From Flavobacteriales bacterium (GTDB lineage: Bacteria > Bacteroidota > Bacteroidia > Flavobacteriales_F > PHOS-HE28): a stretch of DNA of 64,000 nucleotides. This document shows positions 36,601-44,640 of the stretch, one piece after another. Under the pieces are notes generated by a model. The model did not search any database. It saw only the letters and a program-made list of their open reading frames with translations, and was not told the DNA's origin. The stretch covers positions 21,022 through 85,021 of the forward strand of contig JBGAJW010000012.1 in assembly GCA_044224725.1 (NCBI GenBank). The letters run 5' to 3'. A program made the translations under genes and the position numbers. Positions within the stretch are counted from its first letter, which is position 1, and every line of letters starts with the position of its first letter.

Positions 36601-36904
36601 CGCCGAGGGCAATTGTGCGCCGCTGGTGTATGTGCCGAACGGCTTCACGCCCAACGGCGACGGCATCAATGAACTTTTCGCACCGGTGACCACGGGCAGT
36701 TTCCGGTATTACACCTTCCTCATTTTCGACCGCTGGGGCGAGAACATCTTCAGCAGTGACGAGCCCGGCGAACCATGGGACGGCAAAGTGAACGGCACAC
36801 CTGTTCAGGATGGCGTGTACGTGTGGCAGTTGAGCTACAAAGCCGTGACGGATGAAGGTGTGAGGCAGCTCCGCCAGACCGGCAGTGTGACGGTGTTGCG
36901 CTAA
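30659..36904 (+). CDS. Giant (~2080 aa) T9SS substrate made of about 25 tandem ~70-aa Ig/PKD-like repeats, with a gliding-motility-type (type B) C-terminal domain
   Basis: The frame is continuous from 30548, but the only good N-terminus is a TTG at 30659 giving the signal peptide (M)IPGRLRPLFLPAFGLLLAASASAQ. There is no in-frame ATG before the signal peptide. Two repeat types alternate. Type A: NLGADxxLCDGDQIxLNATTAGATYNWQDNSNGPTFTATTTGTYDVDVTVNGCTTNDAINVTFNP. Type B: DLGLDATICQGDPLQLDATVAGASYLWQDGSTSATFDVTTSGTYDVDVTLGTCSASDAINVTVNP. The C-terminal ...YVPNGFTPNGDGINELF...FLIFDRWGENIF...DGVYVWQL... matches the gliding-motility-associated CTD pattern. Confidence 0.7.
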   Translation: MIPGRLRPLFLPAFGLLLAASASAQPVCSINIGPDVTICQGQVAQLQGPAGYSNYLWSTGANTQGLNTGTAGSYWCEVSYNSGNLVTNGNFSAGNTGFSSQWNYNSNLTGEGTYFVDNVSTPHHAQFSGTGNGLFMMVNAGWGSYGVLNLHDVWCQNITVCPGQTYTLSYRARTLSNATPARLQWYVDGTAVGPEVNMPAFNGGWQTINQTWTSGPGQVSANCCLQVMSGDGVGNDFGLDDISISGTIVLRDYVQVNVTPLPVVNLGPDQTPCVGTPVLLNATVPGGTYLWQNGATTPTFNVSTSGNYNVTVTANNCSNSDAIAVNYNPYPVVNIGPDVALCIGQQLLLNAAQPGGSYSWQNNSTAATFNVIGPGTYDVDVTVGGCTTNDAITVSYNPLPVVNLGADQTICQGDQVQLNASLPGASYVWQDGSTNATFTATTAGTYSVDVTVNGCSENDAMNVTVNPNPVVNLGADATLCDGDQIILNATTAGATYNWQDNSNGPTFTATTTGTYDVDVTVNGCTTNDAINVTFNPMPIVDLGLDATICQGDPLQLDATVAGASYLWQDGSTSATFDVTTSGTYDVDVTLGTCSASDAINVTVNPNPSVNLGADVALCDGDQIVLNAMTAGATYNWQDNSNGPTFTATTTGTYDVDVTVNGCTTNDAIDVTFNPMPVVDLGLDATICQGDPLQLDATVAGASYLWQDGSTSATFDVTTSGTYDVDVTLGTCSASDAINVTVNPNPSVNLGADVALCDGDQIVLNATTVGATYNWQDNSNAPTFIATTTGTYDVDVTVNGCTTNDAINVTFNPMPVVDLGLDATICQGDPLQLDATVSGASYLWQDGSTSATFDVTTSGTYDVDVTLGTCSASDAINVTVNPNPTVNLGVDAALCDGDQIVLNATTAGATYNWQDNSNGPTFTATTTGTYDVDVTVNGCTTNDAILVTFNPMPVVDLGLDATICQGDPLQLDATSPGASYLWQDGSTNATFDVTATGTYSVDVSLGSCSVSDAIDVTVNPNPIVNLGADAMLCDGDQLVIDATTPGATYSWQDNSNGPTFTADATGTYDVDVTVNGCTTNDAINVTINPMPVVDLGPDVTLCQGTPLLLDATVPGASYSWQNGSTDATFAVNATGTYDVDVTLGTCSASDAINVTVNPNPTVNLGADAALCDGDQIILNATTAGATYNWQDNSNGPTFTATTSGTYDVDVTVNGCTTNDAINVTFNPVPDVDLGLDATICQGDPLQLDATSPGVTYLWQDGSTNATFDVTETGTYSVDVSLGSCSVSDAIDVTVNSAPVFDLGADVTVCPGEDATFDATTPGATYLWQDNSTAATFTTGQAGNYSVTVTANGCSSSDQVALAIFDLQSVDLGANTSICDGTAITLDATLAGSTYLWSTGATSATIDVTQSGTYDVEVFQSGCSATADVTITVLPSPTVYLGNDTTLCDQSTLTLDATFPGATYDWSTGSTAASIAISSPATYGVTVDLNGCTATDDIEVAYVGALTLNIGNDTTLCPDASLTLNASLPGGTTVWSTNTVATSITVSEPDIYWATITVSGCAVSDSITVSEVPLPVLDLGEDAAVCDGNAVDFDITVPGATYLWEDGTTEPNRTVDDAGEYWARVTLSGCITTDTFNLALVPLPTVDLGPDTGLCAANTLVLDATTAGATYLWTDNSVQSTFIATPGDWDVQVTVNGCSSSDAIHIDALATPVLDLPEDTTLCNGAVWLIDAAQTGADYLWQDGSTASGFLVDQPGTFSATVTIGACPVQDAVEVSYFDESLVDLGPDTTLCPGEQLVLTLTLPGVDLIWSDGSTATSFTVSSGGGYSVTANANGCVTTDAIQVGYTPLLQPDLGADRTLCEGDSLFLSVQPATASVLWSTGSPNDSLLITTSDDITVSLTLDGCVSTDAVEVTFLPVVDEIDLGPDATICLGQELLLDATVHNALYDWNTGDDDASIQVTMPGTYHVVLSGPCIHAADTIMIAEGNCAPLVYVPNGFTPNGDGINELFAPVTTGSFRYYTFLIFDRWGENIFSSDEPGEPWDGKVNGTPVQDGVYVWQLSYKAVTDEGVRQLRQTGSVTVLR

Positions 36905-36963
36905 AGGGACACGGGCCGCTTCCAGCCCTTGATCACATTTCACGCGCGGCTTTGAAGTCTGGG

Positions 36964-39174
36964 CTACTTCGAATCGAAGCCTTCCTCCTTCCAGATGTAC
37001 TGGCCGTCCGCCAACCGCATGTAGGCCATCTTCATGTCGGTGATGCGCTCACCGGTACCTCGGCCAACGAGCGCGGTGGAGTCATCCACGAACTCGATCC
37101 GATCGTATGCGAAGGGTATGCGCACCTGGCCACCCGTATCGATCACGCCTTTTCGTCCCGCGGTCTTCGGCTCCGTTCCAGAAGCGATGAGCAACCCGAC
37201 GCGTACATCGCCCAACTCCTGGTACTTCGTCGGCAACACGACTTTCCCGGTGCTATCGACCAGACCGAACAGCGCACCGTTCCGCACACGGGCATAGCCG
37301 TGGCCCATTTCCCACGCCCCATCGAAGCCAGTCTCGGTCAGCGGTCGTCCCGCGCGGTCCACGAAGCCCCACTTGTTCTTCTTCTTCACGGGCAGAACGC
37401 CATTCTCAAGGGTACCGATATCCGTGTACTTCGGAGAGAGCACCGCTTCGCCCCGCGCATCGATCAGGCCGGCCTTTCCTCCCGACATCACGCGTGCCGC
37501 GCCGTTGTGGAAGTCGCCCCAAGCGGGAACCGCTCCTTCCGGCATCTCGAAGCGCTGTGGGATCATGAAACGCCCGCTCAGGTCCACATAGCCGCACCTC
37601 CCCCCGTCTGCCACCAAGGCGAGCCCATCGTTGAAAACCCCGACCAGCGCATGCTCCACGGCGAGCAGCACATCGCCGAACGGACTGATCACGCCCATGC
37701 GGCCATCCTTGCGCACACGCGATACGGCACCGGTGAAGCCCTCGATCCAATCGTACTGGAAGGGCACTACCTGTTCGCCTTTCGTGTCGATCACGCCGAA
37801 CTGGCCGCCTTGTTCCACCACCGCCACGCCGTTGTGGAAGGTGTTCGCACCATCGTACTTGAACGGGATGACAACAGCGCCTTTCGGATCGAGGTACCCG
37901 AACTTGCCGTCCTTCTCCGCATAGGCCAGTCCGCCGCTGAACTCGCCCACCTCCTCGTATTCCATCTTGATCACGAGCTTGCCCGAACGGTCTACCACGC
38001 CGGCCTTCTCGCCCCGCTCCACGGTGGCCAACCCTTCGCTGAAACCGAGCACGTCATCGTAGATCACCTCGATGACCTCCTTCCCCGTCTTGTTCACCGT
38101 GCCCATGAGTCCATCACGACCGACCTGGGCTTGCCCGCCCTCGAAGGGTTCGGCGAACTCGTAGACCGCCTTGATGCGCTCCGTGCCCTTCGCATCGATA
38201 TAACCCCACTTGCCGCCCTGCCTGAACGGGTACAGTACGAGGCTCGCCGTCTGGAAGATCTCCGTCAACTCGTCCACGAACGGGTAGTCCGGGTAGTCCT
38301 TCAGAAAGCGTGTGATGCTGCCGACGCTGAGGTCCTTGGTGCGCGCCTCGTAGATCGCCCGCCAAGCCTCGGCCACATGCGGGCTCTTTGGGTAACGGCG
38401 GATAAAGGCGTACAGTTCTTCCGGGGTTCCGTTCGGCACGCTCACGCGGTAGATCTCCTTCTGCGCGTTCTGCACATAGGGGCTCTCGGGATGTTCGGCG
38501 ATGAATCGCTCATACTCGGCCAAGCTGCCGTTGGGCGCGGCTTCCCGGAAGACCGCTTCCTGCATGCGGTTGCGCGCTTCGTAGGTCTGCTTGGCACCGG
38601 GGTGCCTCTCCAAGAACACGCGATAAGCATCCGCTGTGTTCAATGTGCGGGCGTCTTGGAAGGCGAGTCCATCCCGCGCAGCAGCAGCTTCCGGCACATG
38701 CGAACTGCTCACGTAACGGTCGATGAAACGCTGGTAGGACTCCGTCGTGTTGATGGCCTGCGTCTGTTCCCACGCGATCGCGTAGATGCGTTCCGTTTGC
38801 GATCGGATCGCCGCTTCATCCACGCCGAGATCCCGGTAGGTCTGGCGCTTCTTTTCCGGGAGCAGGGCCCAAGCGACCTCCGCGCGCTGGATGCAGGCGA
38901 AGCTGCTGTCCAACTGGTAGAACGGATTGTCCGCACGACCCGTGATCACGCTGAGCCCGTACCACGCGGCGGCGGGGTTCTTCTTCACCTCCTTGCGGAA
39001 GAGCTCCCGCGCCAGGAAGTAGTCATGGATGCCCAGCGCGTCGAAGGCCTTCTTCAATCGGCCCGCCATCAACGGTGCGGAAAGCGTGCAGGCCAGCAGC
39101 AAAAACAAGAAGCGGGTCCCAGGCGTTCTAAGCACGCGGCGAAAGTACCGGGGCCATTCCGGGGGGCTGACCAA
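36964..39174 (-). CDS. WG-repeat (KWG) protein with an N-terminal TPR-like region; secreted
   Basis: Signal region RFLFLLLACTLSAPLMA. The N-terminal half is helical and TPR-like. The C-terminal half has at least 12 WG repeats (GKWGYIDAKG, GKFGYLDPKG, GQFGVIDTKG, GRMGVISPFG, GRCGYVDLSG, NKWGFVDRAG, ALFGLVDSTG). Confidence 0.65.
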   Translation of the reverse strand: MVSPPEWPRYFRRVLRTPGTRFLFLLLACTLSAPLMAGRLKKAFDALGIHDYFLARELFRKEVKKNPAAAWYGLSVITGRADNPFYQLDSSFACIQRAEVAWALLPEKKRQTYRDLGVDEAAIRSQTERIYAIAWEQTQAINTTESYQRFIDRYVSSSHVPEAAAARDGLAFQDARTLNTADAYRVFLERHPGAKQTYEARNRMQEAVFREAAPNGSLAEYERFIAEHPESPYVQNAQKEIYRVSVPNGTPEELYAFIRRYPKSPHVAEAWRAIYEARTKDLSVGSITRFLKDYPDYPFVDELTEIFQTASLVLYPFRQGGKWGYIDAKGTERIKAVYEFAEPFEGGQAQVGRDGLMGTVNKTGKEVIEVIYDDVLGFSEGLATVERGEKAGVVDRSGKLVIKMEYEEVGEFSGGLAYAEKDGKFGYLDPKGAVVIPFKYDGANTFHNGVAVVEQGGQFGVIDTKGEQVVPFQYDWIEGFTGAVSRVRKDGRMGVISPFGDVLLAVEHALVGVFNDGLALVADGGRCGYVDLSGRFMIPQRFEMPEGAVPAWGDFHNGAARVMSGGKAGLIDARGEAVLSPKYTDIGTLENGVLPVKKKNKWGFVDRAGRPLTETGFDGAWEMGHGYARVRNGALFGLVDSTGKVVLPTKYQELGDVRVGLLIASGTEPKTAGRKGVIDTGGQVRIPFAYDRIEFVDDSTALVGRGTGERITDMKMAYMRLADGQYIWKEEGFDSK

Positions 39175-39203
39175 CTTCGCCGCGCAGGATCGACCATGCG
39201 CTG

Positions 39204-41489
39204 TTGATGGAGAAGGAACCTTTGCCGCTGGAGCGCTGGCTCACCCCGCGGAACGCACGCCTCGCACTGCTGTTCGTCGGCCTCGTCTCCGCAGCGGCCC
39301 TCTTCTCGCTGCGCAACGTGCGATTGGACTACGACTTCGAGAAGTTCTTCCCGAAGAACGATCCGGAGCTGGACCGTTACCTCGCATTCCGGGAGCGCTT
39401 CGGCTACGACAATGACTTCCTGATGTTCGGCATCGACCGCGATCAAGGCGTGTTCGACAGTGGACTGCTCACGCGCGTGGACTCGCTGGCCGCGCGGCTT
39501 GAGCGCACACCCCGGGTGCTCCGCGTGCTCTCCCCTACGCGCATGAGCGAACCGGTGATCACGCCGGTCGGCGTGTTCGAGACGCCGTACTTGCGCTTCT
39601 ACAATGACACGTTATTGCCGATCGATTCCGCCCGGATCTGGAACGATCCCCGCGTAAAGGACCTCTTCTTCTCGAATGACGGCAAGGCGATGCTCGTGGT
39701 CCTTACCGCCGAGCCGGGACTTTCCAAGGAGAAATGCGACAGGCTTCTGGAGGACGTGCGATCGGTCCTTGCGGGAACGGGCTTCGCCGATGTTCGGATG
39801 GCGGGCCGCATCGTGGGACAGCACCATTACATCAACACCATGCTCAAGGAGATGATCTTCTTCCTGAGCGCGTCCATCCTGTTGCTCGCCGTGTTCCTGT
39901 GGATCGGCTTCCGCAGCCTGCACGGGGTGCTGGTGCCCATCGCCGTGGTCGGGTTGGCGATCCTTTGGCAAGTGGGCTTCATGACGGCCGTCGGCAAGCC
40001 GCTCGGGATCCTCACGATGCTCTTGCCGACCATCCTCTTCGTGGTGGGCATGAGCGATGTGGTGCACATCCTGGAGTGTTATCTCGAAGAGATCCGCAAC
40101 CGTGTTCCGAGGATCAGGGCGATCGCCGTCACTTACAACGAGGTCGGGTTACCAACGTTCCTTACCGCCATCACCAGCGGCATCGGCTTCGCCACCTTGG
40201 GCACGGCGAGCATCCCGCCATTGCAGGAGTTCGGCTACTTCACCTCGATCGGTGTGGTACTCGCGTTCTGCCTCGCCTTTCTGCTGTTGCCCGCGTTGCT
40301 GGTGCTTACCGATCCGGCCAAGCTCCTTCCCCGGAAAGCGCAGGTCTCTCCATGGGATGATCGCCTGCCGAAGCTCTTCCAATGGACCATCAAGCGGCGC
40401 AGGGCGATCCTCTGGTCTTTCGCCGCGATCGCCGTGCTGGGCGTCTTCGGCATGTCAAGGATCAAGGTGAACAACTACCTGCTCGAAGACCTGCCCAACA
40501 ACGATCCCCTCAAACAGAACTTCGTGTGGTTCGAGCAGAAATTCGGTGGTGTGCGGCCTTTTGAAATGGAGATCGCGGTCACGGATAGCAGTGCATCCGT
40601 TTGGGACCTGGCGGTGCTGCGGCAGATCGAGCAGGTGCAATCCCATGTCGATACGGCCTACCATGTGGATGGCCTGATGTCACCCGTAACGGTGATGTAC
40701 TCCTTGAACAAGGCGTTCAACGGTGGGGATCGATCGTACTACCGGCTTCCGGATGACAGCGCCGAGTGCGCGCGCATGGCGAAACGCGCCCGGATGCTGG
40801 GCAAGGACATGCTCGGCACGCTTGTCAGCGCCGATGGCCACACCGCCCGCCTTTCAGGCCGCCAAGTGGACGAGGGCGGCTTCATCCACAAGGGAAAGAA
40901 CGCCGAGCTCGACGCGTTCATCGCCAAGAACACGGATCCCGGAAGCATGCGTTTCAATCAGACGGGCATGGCCTATCTTATCGATCGCAACAACGCCACG
41001 CTCAGCACACAACTCGTCGGGGGCATGGGCCTCGCCGTACTCCTCACCGCGCTCATCATGCTGTGGTTCTTCAAGAACTGGCGCATGGTGCTGGTGGCGC
41101 TGATCCCGAACCTGGTGCCGCTGGCCTTCATCGCGGGCGTCATGGGGTTCGCGGGCATCGACCTGAAGGTGAGCACCGCCATCATCTTCAGCATTTCGTT
41201 CGGCATAGCGGAGGATGACACCATACACATGCTCGCGGCACTGCGTCAGCACATGCGCTCGGGCCTTTCGCCCATGTACTCGTTGAAGCGCACCTACTTG
41301 CGCACAGGTAAGGCCATCACGGTCACCAGCTTGATGCTCTTGTCCGGTTTCGTCACGCTCATCTTCTCGGACTTCGCCAGCGTGTTCTATATGGGCGTGC
41401 TGATCACGCTCACGCTCGCATTCGCCTACGTTGCGGAACTGCTGCTGCTGCCCGCCCTGGTGATGGCACTCATGAAGAAGGCCACCTGA
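39204..41489 (+). CDS. MMPL/RND-superfamily membrane transporter (two SSD-like 6-TM bundles)
   Basis: 761 aa. An N-terminal TM helix is followed by a periplasmic domain and a TM2-6 cluster (GLAILWQVGFMTAVGKPLGILTMLLPTILFVVGMSDVVHIL). This is followed by a second periplasmic domain and a second TM cluster (ALIPNLVPLAFIAGVMGFAGIDLKVSTAIIFSISFGIAEDDTIHML). The architecture is MMPL/HpnN-like. Confidence 0.75.
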   Translation: MMEKEPLPLERWLTPRNARLALLFVGLVSAAALFSLRNVRLDYDFEKFFPKNDPELDRYLAFRERFGYDNDFLMFGIDRDQGVFDSGLLTRVDSLAARLERTPRVLRVLSPTRMSEPVITPVGVFETPYLRFYNDTLLPIDSARIWNDPRVKDLFFSNDGKAMLVVLTAEPGLSKEKCDRLLEDVRSVLAGTGFADVRMAGRIVGQHHYINTMLKEMIFFLSASILLLAVFLWIGFRSLHGVLVPIAVVGLAILWQVGFMTAVGKPLGILTMLLPTILFVVGMSDVVHILECYLEEIRNRVPRIRAIAVTYNEVGLPTFLTAITSGIGFATLGTASIPPLQEFGYFTSIGVVLAFCLAFLLLPALLVLTDPAKLLPRKAQVSPWDDRLPKLFQWTIKRRRAILWSFAAIAVLGVFGMSRIKVNNYLLEDLPNNDPLKQNFVWFEQKFGGVRPFEMEIAVTDSSASVWDLAVLRQIEQVQSHVDTAYHVDGLMSPVTVMYSLNKAFNGGDRSYYRLPDDSAECARMAKRARMLGKDMLGTLVSADGHTARLSGRQVDEGGFIHKGKNAELDAFIAKNTDPGSMRFNQTGMAYLIDRNNATLSTQLVGGMGLAVLLTALIMLWFFKNWRMVLVALIPNLVPLAFIAGVMGFAGIDLKVSTAIIFSISFGIAEDDTIHMLAALRQHMRSGLSPMYSLKRTYLRTGKAITVTSLMLLSGFVTLIFSDFASVFYMGVLITLTLAFAYVAELLLLPALVMALMKKAT

Positions 41490-41496
41490 AAAACAG

Positions 41497-41520
41497 AAAG
41501 CGGGCCTCGCGACCCGCTTT
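41497..41520. terminator. Hairpin (8-bp stem AAAGCGGG/CCCGCTTT, 8-nt loop) between convergent genes; candidate bidirectional terminator
   Basis: Read directly from the sequence. It lies 8 nt after the transporter stop codon and 20 nt before the stop of the convergent minus-strand gene. Confidence 0.45.
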
Positions 41521-41539
41521 CCCATCTGTACGTGTCGGC

Positions 41540-42265
41540 TCAGTAGCTCTCGTATGCGCCCTTGAACTCGGCATCTTCCGCGAAGAATTCCTTGGCCGGC
41601 TCCAGCACTTCCTTCGCTTTCGAGCGGTTGCCCTTGCTATCGAGGTAAGCGGCGTAATAGATCAGCGCGCTCTTCATCAATTTCTTCTGGTCATCGGGCA
41701 GCATGCCGATGCCACCAATACCATCCAGCGCGGGCTGGTACTTGGCCACTTCCGCATCCCCTTCCTTGGCCATGTTGCTCTTCAGTAGGCTCAGGCCCAA
41801 CATGAGGTGCGCTCCGGGGTTCTCGGGGTAGTAGCCCACCATGCCATCGAACCACTGCTTCGCCTTGCTGAACTGGTTGTCCTCATAAGAGGTAAGACCG
41901 GCGTCCTGCGCCATCGTGTTCAGTTCACTCCAGTAATCGGCGTAGTTGTCGAAGAACTCCTTGTTCTTGTCCTTCTTGCGGTACTTCTCCGCGTACTTGA
42001 CAGCGTCCCGGTCGCTCTTCTTGTACTCCTCCATCATCCGGTACTTCTCGATCTTGCTCATCTCGTACAGGCACATGCTCATGTACAGATAGGGCAGCGG
42101 GTCCTTCTTCGTGTCGTCCTTCTCGGTGTACGACAGGGCCTTCGCCAGGCAGTCCTCGTACTTCTCATCGACGTATTTCACGAGCAGGTCCTCATAGGGC
42201 TGCTTCTGCGCTTGGGCGCTGAGGAAGAGGGTACCGAGTGTGGCGAGCGTCAATGAACGCAGCAT
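41540..42265 (-). CDS. Secreted TPR-like helical protein, unknown function
   Basis: The start was refined to the ATG at 42265 (MLRSLTLATLGTLFLSAQAQ signal peptide). K/E/Y-rich helical repeats (YEDCLAKALSY, YLYMSMCLYEMSKIEKY, YAAYLDSKGNRSKAKEVL) are TPR-like. Confidence 0.5.
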   Translation of the reverse strand: MLRSLTLATLGTLFLSAQAQKQPYEDLLVKYVDEKYEDCLAKALSYTEKDDTKKDPLPYLYMSMCLYEMSKIEKYRMMEEYKKSDRDAVKYAEKYRKKDKNKEFFDNYADYWSELNTMAQDAGLTSYEDNQFSKAKQWFDGMVGYYPENPGAHLMLGLSLLKSNMAKEGDAEVAKYQPALDGIGGIGMLPDDQKKLMKSALIYYAAYLDSKGNRSKAKEVLEPAKEFFAEDAEFKGAYESY

Positions 42266-42415
42266 GTTGAAGTGCTTTGGTGGAGGCTTTTCAAGAACGA
42301 TGCCGAAGGTAGGAGACGCGGAATTGGCTAGAACAGCCACCCCGCCCGAATGGGAACAATGGAATGTGGGTTCCGGCGGCCCTTTCCGCACATTTGCCGT
42401 CCCGAACCCTCACCC

Positions 42416-43105
42416 TTGCGCATCGATATCCTCACGGCCCTGCCCCGCCTGCTGGACAGCTGGTTCAACGAGAGCATCCTGGAGCGCGCCCAGAAAAAGG
42501 GGCTGGTGGAGATCAAGGTGCATGACCTGCGCGACCACAGCACCGACAAGCACCGGCGCTTGGACGATTACCCCTTCGGTGGCGGTGCCGGCATGGTGAT
42601 GACCATCGAGCCCATCCATCGCTGCATCAGCGGATTGAAGGCCGAACGCAGCTACGACGAGGTCATTTACATGAGCCCGGACGGCGAGTTGCTCGACCAA
42701 CCCTTGGCCAACCGCCTGAGCACCGTGAAGAACCTGATCATCCTTTGCGGCCACTACAAGGGCGTGGACGAGCGCGTGCGCGAACACCTGGTCACCCGCG
42801 AAGTCTCCATCGGGAATTACGTGCTCAGTGGCGGCGAGATCCCGGCGGCCGTGTTGAGCGATGCCATTATCCGCCTGCTTCCAGGCGTACTCAGCGACGA
42901 GACCTCTGCCCTTTCGGACAGCTTCCAAGATGGGCTGGTGGCCCCGCCCGTCTATACCCGCCCGGCGGATTTCAATGGCTGGAAGATCCCGGACATCCTG
43001 CTCAGCGGCCACGAAGCCAAGATCCACGAGTGGCGGCACGCCCAAAGTCTGGAACGCACCCGGGAGCGGCGGCCTGACCTGTTGGAGTCCTTTGGTGATG
43101 GTTGA
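42416..43105 (+). CDS. trmD: tRNA (guanine37-N1)-methyltransferase TrmD
   Basis: (M)[12 protein letters not shown], then [23 protein letters not shown] and [14 protein letters not shown] (the SPOUT knot), and the trmD-rplS gene order. The start is ambiguous. The TTG at 42416 gives the canonical MRIDIL N-terminus. The ATGs at 42350 and 42359 would add a non-conserved extension and overlap the upstream gene. Confidence 0.8.
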   Translation: MRIDILTALPRLLDSWFNESILERAQKKGLVEIKVHDLRDHSTDKHRRLDDYPFGGGAGMVMTIEPIHRCISGLKAERSYDEVIYMSPDGELLDQPLANRLSTVKNLIILCGHYKGVDERVREHLVTREVSIGNYVLSGGEIPAAVLSDAIIRLLPGVLSDETSALSDSFQDGLVAPPVYTRPADFNGWKIPDILLSGHEAKIHEWRHAQSLERTRERRPDLLESFGDG

Positions 43106-43183
43106 GTAGTGGCGCGAAGGGGATAATTCCCTAACATTGCGGCCCCAAATGCGGGACGTGTCCCGCTTAACTCGCTGAACGCC

Positions 43184-43552
43184 ATGGACAAGATCAAGCA
43201 ACTCGAAAAAGAGTGGGCCCCTGTGAAGCAGTACGCTGACTTCAAGGCGGGCGACACCATCACCGTTCACTACAAGATCGTGGAAGGTGCCAAGGAGCGT
43301 ATCCAGCAGTTCCAAGGCGTAGTGATCCAGCGCAAAGGCAGCGGCAGCACGGCCACTTTCACCGTTCGGAAAATGAGCGGCTCGATCGGCGTGGAGCGCA
43401 TCTTCCCCATCGCTTCGCCCTACATTGAGCAGATCGACGTGAACAAGCGCGGCCAAGTGAACCGCGCCCGCATCTTCTACCTGCGCGATCGCCGCGGCAA
43501 GAGCGCACGCATCACGGAGAAGCGTCAGCTCGTTACCGAGGTGGCCAAGTAA
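43184..43552 (+). CDS. rplS: 50S ribosomal protein L19
   Basis: [11 protein letters not shown]...[33 protein letters not shown]...FTVRK...[13 protein letters not shown]. Length 122 aa. Confidence 0.9.
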   Translation: MDKIKQLEKEWAPVKQYADFKAGDTITVHYKIVEGAKERIQQFQGVVIQRKGSGSTATFTVRKMSGSIGVERIFPIASPYIEQIDVNKRGQVNRARIFYLRDRRGKSARITEKRQLVTEVAK

Positions 43553-43573
43553 GGTCCAACACACTTCACTTCC

Positions 43574-43597
43574 GAAGGCCCCAGCGATGGGGCCTTC
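43574..43597 (+). terminator. Rho-independent terminator of trmD-rplS
   Basis: Perfect 9-bp stem GAAGGCCCC/GGGGCCTTC with a 6-nt loop, 22 nt after the rplS stop, followed by a T-containing tract (GTCCTTTCC). Confidence 0.6.
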
Positions 43598-43653
43598 GTC
43601 CTTTCCGGGCCTTTCTACCTTTCGCTCCCGCTCTGGCGGCCCCGCTTCGCGGG

Positions 43654-43911
43654 ATGAAACAGATGCAACACATGCACCTTCTCTGGAGCCTCCTCATCGG
43701 CGGCGTGGCCGGATGGCTCGCCAGCCAGATCATGAAGAGCGCCGGCAATGGCGTCTTCGTCAACATCTTCCTCGGTCTCATCGGCGGGCTTGTCGGTGGC
43801 TGGGTCTTCGGAATGCTCGGGCTCGCGGCTTATGGCCTTATCGGACGGTTGGTCGTGGCCACGGTGGGAGCCATCATCCTCATCGTGCTGGCCAGGGCGA
43901 TCAGGAAATAG
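43654..43911 (+). CDS. GlsB/YeaQ/YmgE-family small stress membrane protein
   Basis: 85 aa with glycine-zipper TM helices (LLIGGVAGWLASQIM, IFLGLIGGLVGGWVFGMLG, ATVGAIILIVLA) typical of the YeaQ/transglycosylase-associated family. Confidence 0.7.
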   Translation: MKQMQHMHLLWSLLIGGVAGWLASQIMKSAGNGVFVNIFLGLIGGLVGGWVFGMLGLAAYGLIGRLVVATVGAIILIVLARAIRK

Positions 43912-43949
43912 GCGGGAACCGGAGCGGCCGCCGTACGTACGAAGAGCGA

Positions 43950-43957
43950 TACATTTG
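43950..43957 (+). promoter_or_regulatory. Candidate Bacteroidota sigma-A -7 element (TAnnTTTG: TACATTTG) upstream of the antitoxin-toxin pair
   Basis: TACATTTG matches the Bacteroidota -7 consensus TAnnTTTG exactly. It ends 6 nt before the ATG at 43963, which implies a very short leader. No clear -33 TTG was found. Confidence 0.25.
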
Positions 43958-43962
43958 CACGT

Positions 43963-44220
43963 ATGAAAGCCAAGCTCACCCTCCTGCTGGACAAAGTCAC
44001 TATCGAGGAAGCCAAGGAATACGCGGCCGAGAATGATACGAGCCTCAGCCGCATGTTCGAGCAGTTCCTGCGCGCCACCTTCAGCAAGAAGAAGTCGGTG
44101 ACCCGGAAGATCGAGGTTTCGGACTACGTCAAGAGCCTCAGCACCAACCTTGATGTGCCGAAGGCTTATGACCTGAAGAAGGAATACGCCAAGCATGTGG
44201 CCAAGCGCTATCGGCTATGA
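43963..44220 (+). CDS. Putative ribbon-helix-helix-type antitoxin (partner of the PIN toxin)
   Basis: 85 aa. The N-terminal beta-strand KLTLLLDKVTIEEAKEYAAENDTSLSRMFEQFL resembles RHH/CopG antitoxins and is followed by a basic tail. Its stop overlaps the start of the PIN gene (ATGA at 44217..44220). Confidence 0.5.
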   Translation: MKAKLTLLLDKVTIEEAKEYAAENDTSLSRMFEQFLRATFSKKKSVTRKIEVSDYVKSLSTNLDVPKAYDLKKEYAKHVAKRYRL

Positions 44221-44627
44221 CCAAGGTGTTCCTCGATGCCGATGTAGGATTCGACTTCATCGCGCAGCGTCAGCCGTTCTTCAAGTATGCGGCTCAAGTC
44301 TTCGAGTTGGCCCAGCAGGGTGAAGTGGTCCTCTATGCGTCAGGTCTCAGTTTCTCGCATTGGTTCTATCATTTCCGCCAGAAGAAGAGCAGTGCTGTGG
44401 CTTTGGCGAAGCTGATCGCGGTGAAACCCCTCATCGCCGTGGCAACAACCGATGAACGTGTAGTGGAACAGGCATTGGCTTCGGACTTCGGGGATTTCGA
44501 GGATGCCCTTCAGTACTTCTGCGCCTTGCGTGAAGGAGTGGATGTATTCCTTACGCGCAACCTCGCTGACTATCGGAGCGCCAAGCTCAAGGTGCTCACA
44601 CCAGAGGCGTTCCTGAAGTCGATCTGA
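44217..44627 (+). CDS. PIN-domain (VapC-like) toxin
   Basis: 136 aa. The start MTKVFLDADVGFDF carries the first PIN acidic residue in the FLDANV-type context, with further acidic residues at ATTDERV and DFGDFEDAL. Size and 4-nt overlap with the upstream small gene are typical of type II TA pairs. Confidence 0.6.
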   Translation: MTKVFLDADVGFDFIAQRQPFFKYAAQVFELAQQGEVVLYASGLSFSHWFYHFRQKKSSAVALAKLIAVKPLIAVATTDERVVEQALASDFGDFEDALQYFCALREGVDVFLTRNLADYRSAKLKVLTPEAFLKSI

Positions 44628-44640
44628 GGCCACAACCGTA

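Noticed and set aside
36952-39207. 751-aa plus-strand ORF
   Set aside because: It is antisense to the WG-repeat/TPR gene, whose WG repeats are unmistakable on the minus strand.
42350-42415. ATG starts at 42350 and 42359 for trmD
   Set aside because: They would add a non-conserved N-terminal extension and overlap the upstream convergent gene. The TTG at 42416 yields the canonical MRIDIL TrmD N-terminus. The start remains uncertain.
42410-43564. 384-aa minus-strand ORF
   Set aside because: It is antisense to trmD and rplS, both unambiguous on the plus strand.
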